A stretch of 56,476 bases of DNA, counting the filler, from Sphacelaria rigidula (Eukaryota), in NCBI GenBank assembly GCA_964200075.2. It is 6 parts of 6 records of this genome, joined end to end, with 100 filler letters (N's around TTAATTAATTAA, not from the genome) between each part and the next. Parts side by side here need not be neighbours in the genome. Positions count along the whole stretch, not along the records: positions 47,149 to 56,476 come from CAXNAA020008734.1; 5 more parts are not named here. One strand, written 5' to 3'. The translations under genes and the position numbers were made by a program. Below the pieces are notes generated by a model, which was not told the DNA's origin, made no database searches, and worked only from the letters and a program-made list of their open reading frames with translations. This document shows, piece after piece, positions 50,690-56,476 of the stretch (positions within the stretch are counted from its first letter, which is position 1; every line of letters begins with the position of its first letter).

Positions 50690-50887
50690 CTCAGCACATG
50701 TACGTCGTTATAAATGGCACCAGTGCCCACTCCCCCAAACACCACCATGTACGTCTCGGTACCGATGCACGCCGCCGCTCCCTCGCTTCCATCCAGCTCG
50801 CCGTCCATAAGCCGCACCACAGCGGCTGCGTGTGCGAGCCTTCTTGTGGGAGGCGTTCCCCGCACTGCAGGCCTAATCCATCGGTAT
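50690..50887 (-). CDS. Kelch-repeat protein exon
   Basis: tccag|...|gtggga; YRWIRPAVRGTPPTRRLAHAAAVV...YMVVFGGVGTGAIYNDVHVL. Confidence 0.9.
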
Positions 50888-52680
50888 CTGGACATGCGCG
50901 ATCGTCACGCCGTGTTTTCGTGAGGCAAATGTGAATGGGAAATAATTAATCGTCTTGGGAAATGTTTCCGCACTTTTACACGGCATATTTAGTTACATCC
51001 TGCTTGTTTCACTCTGTATCCAGCCAGCTAGTGGAAAGAGGGGAAATGAGACAAAACGTTGTTGCAAGTACATCACGCTGCGCTATACGATGCTACCTGT
51101 ACTACAAGTCCTTGACACACGCGAGTACATGCATGGAGAGAGAGAGAGAGAGAGAGAGAGACGTTGCGGGCGATACGTGTCATATCCTGGGCGAGTCTGT
51201 GTCTTTTAGGTCAGATCTTGTGTTTGCTGCTCTGAGTGTGATTGTACACACCCTAGTCACAACTATCTACTATAGCAAAGGCCAGTCTGTACACAACTCA
51301 TGACAGCATCATCAGCCAGCGTGTCTCGAGGACTGGTCTTCAGTGGTAAAACCTGTAATCGGCCAAACGTAACCCTGTTTCGGATGCACCTGACGATATC
51401 GCCGTGTATTTATGCCGTTAATATTGAACTCAGTGAACGGAATAACATGGAGATTACGCACTGTTTCGATTTGTGCTCGAGTGCCCATGATCCGGCACCA
51501 TTTGAACTTAGAACCCATGAATCGATCAAAAACAGACAGACAGAAAAACAGACGTAGACAGAGAAACGGGGGAAGGCCTTTGTCACCATTTGACCCGTGC
51601 CTGTGGCCTGTCTGCTCCGTGCAACCGTTCTTCATCCAATTGCGGGATCGTTTCATATGACCTCATGCCCGACAAGATTGGAGAAAAACTCTGATGAACA
51701 CTCTGTTGCACCATGCTGCACAGTGCACGGCATCCAAACAAAGTCCCACAGCACACACATGTACCAGAGCCACTTTTCGATGCACTGTGCCCAACTGCAT
51801 CGTACCACCCGGTCGTGCACGGGGACTGTACTTTGCGAGCATAACCGATGCAGAGGAAGTAACGATGAGGCGACCATCGGTAACACTCGATAGACAGGAG
51901 GTGGTTGCTTACGCTTCGGGAGTGGGACGTTGGACAGGGCAGCAGAAGCAGCTGCCCACCACATGCAGCAGAGTTCTCCCCGACCCGGCTTCCCGAATCC
52001 ATGGTTGAGAAAAAAATTGGTACTTGTCTGAACCATTACATTCGGATATTTACAGGGTTCATCGACAGTCCGAAAGGGCGCAGCTCAGCGTCCCCAGTAC
52101 GCGGTTTGAGCTCTACCAACGCACTCTTTGTCTAGGGCACTGAATGTATCTCCTTTGCCCGATAATAATAGGTCTGCCCGGTGTTGGGGGTTGGGATAAG
52201 GGGTAACCTTAGAGTCTGACAAGAGGCGAAAGTATGTTCAACCAAGGGGAGCTAGGTCGGGGAGAGCCCCCCTTCGCCACAGGTATCGCGTGAACCGGCA
52301 CACTACATCCATTCCCTGCGATGTCCACTACATGTATACAGCAACGAGATGAAGAATAGGACGTACAGCTCCACAAAACAACGACGGCACGGTAAAATAT
52401 GTGACGACATATACATCGTGCCCCACGCACACATCAGGAACTGCAGCAAAGGTGGAACAAGACAAAGTGAAATCTAACAACGATCACCGGGTACTGTACA
52501 AACCATCAGGGGACAAGGCAGTCGATATACACCCGACGAACGTGAAACTGTTTCCGAAATCAACTTGCGATATTCTGCCCTGATAATCATCAGATATTAG
52601 CACTTTGCGGCACTATAAGTTCAGGTTTCGATTTTTTCGTGCGAACACGGAATACGGAATACAGATGGATACACGCTTAC

Positions 52681-53142
52681 CTGTAACCGTAGCTGCTATG
52701 ACTGCGCTCTCTATTTCTCGTTCGCCCCTTCCCTTTCCCGGGACCGCCACCGCTACCACCTCCTGCAGCGCCAACTCCGAGCCCGGAGGAGTCGTTCTCC
52801 ATATCCATACCTACCCTACCGGCGTGCACGTTGTTCGGAGATGTCGTAGCGTTTGGGTTGACACAAGAGTAGCACCCGTGCGTGTTGCGCACTTCTTCAG
52901 CACCGCCACGACCGTCGACAACATCAGAGTCGGAGCCGTCGTCTCCGTCCCGGACATCAGAAGAGAACTCTCCCCACACCGGGTGATTGCCTGCACTGTG
53001 CCGCCGTCGCCTGCGGGCGCTACCACTGTCGTCCATATTTTCGCCCGAGTCGCTGTTGACGCTGGTGCTCGAGTGGCGCAGCGAACTACTGCCGCTCAAC
53101 GTACGCTGGACATTGAGCACCAGCACGTCGTCATAAGCTTGC
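52681..53142 (-). CDS. Kelch-repeat protein exon (end of a blade plus a low-complexity insert)
   Basis: ccacag|...|gtaagc; QAYDDVLVLNV followed by an S/G/D-rich stretch; phase matches the next exon. Confidence 0.75.
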
Positions 53143-55039
53143 CTGTGGATTACATCATAGAATAAGTGAGCAAGTCATGACGCAAGACAAGACGTCGGAC
53201 ACCTTGACTGTAAAGTGGCCAGCCACATTTGGAATAGTTCAAAATATATCAAGTGGAACTCGGAAATGGTTTGTCTAACCATAAACCAGTGAAATGGTAC
53301 ATAATGGTTTGGTCATCGAGCGGCGCAGCCGCGAGCCAAGACCCCCCCTCCCGGCAGAGGGGATCACGCTGGAGGTGCTGTGCCGGAGGCACGTTTTGAC
53401 GCGATTTGGCTTCACTGGAGCTACTAAAAAATATGTTAAACTTTGGGCAATTTTCAAGGTTAAAAGCCGGTAACGGTGAATCATGGTTGAAGCCGTGATC
53501 CAATTTTTTTTATCTAACCATCACCATGATAACCAATGTAATGATAATGGCCAGCTATAACTGGTACCATTTCCGAGCTCTAATATTTATCATGTGACCA
53601 CGGCTGAACCCCTGGGAAATGACGTGAAGTGCGGCAATCGAATCCATAAAAAAAATTCACAGCGTTAACGATAACTTTACGACGTGATGAGGTGAGACCG
53701 CTGGGAAGACACCCAAGGCGGTTGATCTATCGATTACTTCCCTCTTCTGACTTGCAACCACATATATACTTCTCTTTGACCCATCGCACGAGCTATTAAT
53801 AGCTACTACTCCAGCTTACGCGAACGAAGTGACGTTGTTGTCTCTGGTATCGGGAAGCGAAACGTTAGCTGGGCCCGACCGCGGTTCAAGTCTTGGACTG
53901 CGAGCGTCTGGGAAACTTTACCCCAACTCTACATCAGGCACCATAATCTTATGCGTGACTACACCTCTATTCTACAAACGGGGTCCCGATCGCAACAGCT
54001 TCCAACACCCAAAACCCGCAGTCCGCCGATGACAGATGAAGCCTAGATCGACCAACGGAAGCCATATATGAGGGAAAAGTGCAATGCCTTGAAGAATATT
54101 CATAAGCCAGGGGGTTGACGATCGCGGAACGCACGGTCATGCCATGTTGTTGTTAGGGGTGGTGCAAAAGCGTGGGCATGATCTGCGTCAATAGTCGGCC
54201 TGCGGAATTGTTCCGAAAGGAGGTCTGGTGCGCAAGGGGTTAGAACCAAAGTCGTGGAACGTACACAGCGAAGTTTATGAAACGGCAAAAAAAATGGACA
54301 CCTCGGAGTCATCGGGTCCAACAGGTAAGCGGCTAGAGTTTTTCATGTTCGACTGAAAGTCCGGGAACCCAACCAATCCATCAAAGCGAAACTGTGAAAT
54401 GATACCGATTCGTCGGCATCCCTGCGCTACTGCTGGCAGTCTAGGTCACCACACGCTTTCACAGTGAATCGCCAACCGCTGTGCTCATCCACTTTACCTC
54501 GACGTGGGATTGGCTCGTGCCACAAGGGGGGAGAGGGCGAAGGAACACACAGAGAGTGAACACACTTTCAACGACACATGATGAGCGCAACTATATTCTC
54601 GCGAAGCAAGCTGGTGGCCCCCGGAAAAAGCATGAAGAGGGATTCTCCTGGGCGTTTTCCCTCTGCCGCTCACTTTCGGGTGATTATGGCACGCAGGACT
54701 TGCTGCTTTTTTAGCCCTCCCCTCGCCCAAATTCGATTCATGACCTCACCATAAAAAAAATCGTGTTGACAGCCGAACTCGATATCCAACCGGTACTGAG
54801 ACTCATCCCAGTACTTTCAGAAGCACGAAAGTACAAGAAAAAAAAGCCTCCTGTGTGGAGCGCAGAGAACCCTACCCACTAGCGTGGACCATACCCGTCC
54901 GTTACGTTCGACGGCTTGTCTCACCAGGAAGAAAACAGGTATTGTTGCGCAAAAACATTCAGTTCCAAGACTTTGAGCGGCCACGCTTTCGCGTCCGCCT
55001 CATCGCCAGCGTCATGAAAACACGTGGTACGCTACACCT

Positions 55040-55300
55040 GCTCTCTTTTGCTTGTAAATCCGGAAAAGTAGCGGCAAAGTAGGGCAAAATATGAATCTCT
55101 TGGGGTGCGATATCCTCCCTCATGCAACAATACCGCCGGCTGATTTCGATGCCGGTAAATCTCAAAGCTGTACCTGAGCAGCTGTTCTCTTATCGTGTTC
55201 ACCAAACTATGTCCCAACCCCTGTCTCATGCAACCTGCTGGAACCAAATCCTTTGTTTGTACCGTCTTCCCAGACGGCGATGCAGGGTCCATTTGAGACG
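55040..55300 (-). pseudogene. Possible very old Ty1/copia RNase H remnant
   Basis: IEISRRYCCMREDIAPQEIHI...PDLQAK loosely resembles the copia HIDVRYHFIRE...I...ADILTK pattern; weak. Confidence 0.25.
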
Positions 55301-56476
55301 TCTCACTCCCAACCTCCCGTGGAGTCGGCTTTGCTTGTGCTGTGTTAATCACTTTCAACACCAACAAAAACGGACGGTTGCCCTGTTTCCTTCGAGTCCT
55401 CATCTACACGTGTTGCACAACAAAAACAGCTGGGACGGACGCAGAGGTCAGTAATAATAATGCTTCGGGATTGACTGACTGACGCACATTAGCTGATCCC
55501 TGAAGGATCCAGCTGTAGTCACAAGTTAGACATACCCAAGGAAAACGAAACGGAAACATGCGCTAGGAAGCTGAACGAAAAAGTAGAAAATTATTTTGAA
55601 AAATAAATAAGGACAAACGGAGTAAACTGAAAAAGAAATCAACACAAGCACAACACGGGACGGGAAATGGAAGAAAAAGGAACCAGAAAAAAAAAAGAAC
55701 AGAAGCACGTAGTTGGCGAAATGGCATCCACTTCAATGAATAAAAGACAAGTTGTGACGGGGACCAGGAACCTTTTATACACGTCGGACGAGTCATTACA
55801 CGTCGAAACGAGTGCACTCGTGGACGTTTTTTGGAAACACAACGAGCATGACTCGTGTGCTCGAGTCATTCCTTTTTTTACAACGAGCAACGACTCAAAT
55901 GCTCGCCCCATTATTTTTTCGAGTGCTCTCCCAATTACTTTTTTTTCACGAAGAGGAATGACTCGAGTGCTCGCCCTATGAAACCCTTTTGGGACCCCCC
56001 CCCCGCTGACACGGGGTTGACCTCGTGTTCGTGAAATAATCAACAATGATTCAAGGAGCGACCTGCTCAATCACAGCGAGGCGAAATTTATCGACCGGAC
56101 CCGAACGACCAGTGCGGGGACTGTTGCCGAGTGTGATGTCACTGCGAGATCGTGTGGGGGGTCTATCCCCGGCCCAGATAAGCTTTCCCAGGTTTCCAAA
56201 GCCAGGATGCTCGGAGCATGGCTTATCGTATTACTTGCATTCAGAATAGCGTTCCCGGGATTTCCCGGGAGTCTTTTTGGGTCGCCAGCCTATACTAAAA
56301 CGTAGTAATTACACTATCACAGGGTAGAGTGGGAAAAACCGGAAAGAAAAGTACATGCCACAATGTGGTCATTTTCACGAGGCACCAAACCCAGGTGGGC
56401 CGTGGAAAGATTAACCCTTTTGGGACCGGGCCTCCAGAACGACCAAGAGGCTGGTCAGGAATGACGTGTCTGACGT

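Noticed and set aside
50178..50810. 210-aa + strand ORF (and 52605-53165 +)
   Set aside because: No recognisable domain; these are antisense shadows of the kelch exons.
56080..56235. Possible further kelch exon (LETWESLSGPGIDPP...HSAT) on the minus strand
   Set aside because: No GG motif and no convincing in-phase donor; may be chance.

Overview
Repeat-rich, intron-rich eukaryotic scaffold segment. A brown alga (Phaeophyceae) is the likely source; this is inferred from the repeat families, exon/intron style and C/A-rich acceptors. It is broken by five 100-bp N-gaps carrying a TTAATTAATTAA linker and two 10-N gaps. Two host genes are not visible as single ORFs but can be spliced by eye: a + strand Mx-like dynamin GTPase (6 exons, 37927-45858, G1-G4 motifs) and a convergent - strand kelch-repeat gene (3 exons, 53142-49424). 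The rest is largely transposon debris: a degenerate Ty3/gypsy element (1-~7935, -), a degenerate DIRS/Ngaro-type RT element with an in-frame 27-bp minisatellite (35111-37620, +), two tRNA-derived SINE families, and hAT-, Tc1/mariner- and piggyBac-like non-autonomous elements, several of them nested. The best leads are the Mx-like gene, a tandem pair of pre-miRNA-like hairpins (12.8/13.4 kb), a possible decayed viral D5-type SF3 helicase (11.5-11.96 kb) and a composite hAT-like unit with an 8-bp TSD (30311-32036). No database searches were run, so all protein family calls come from motif recognition.
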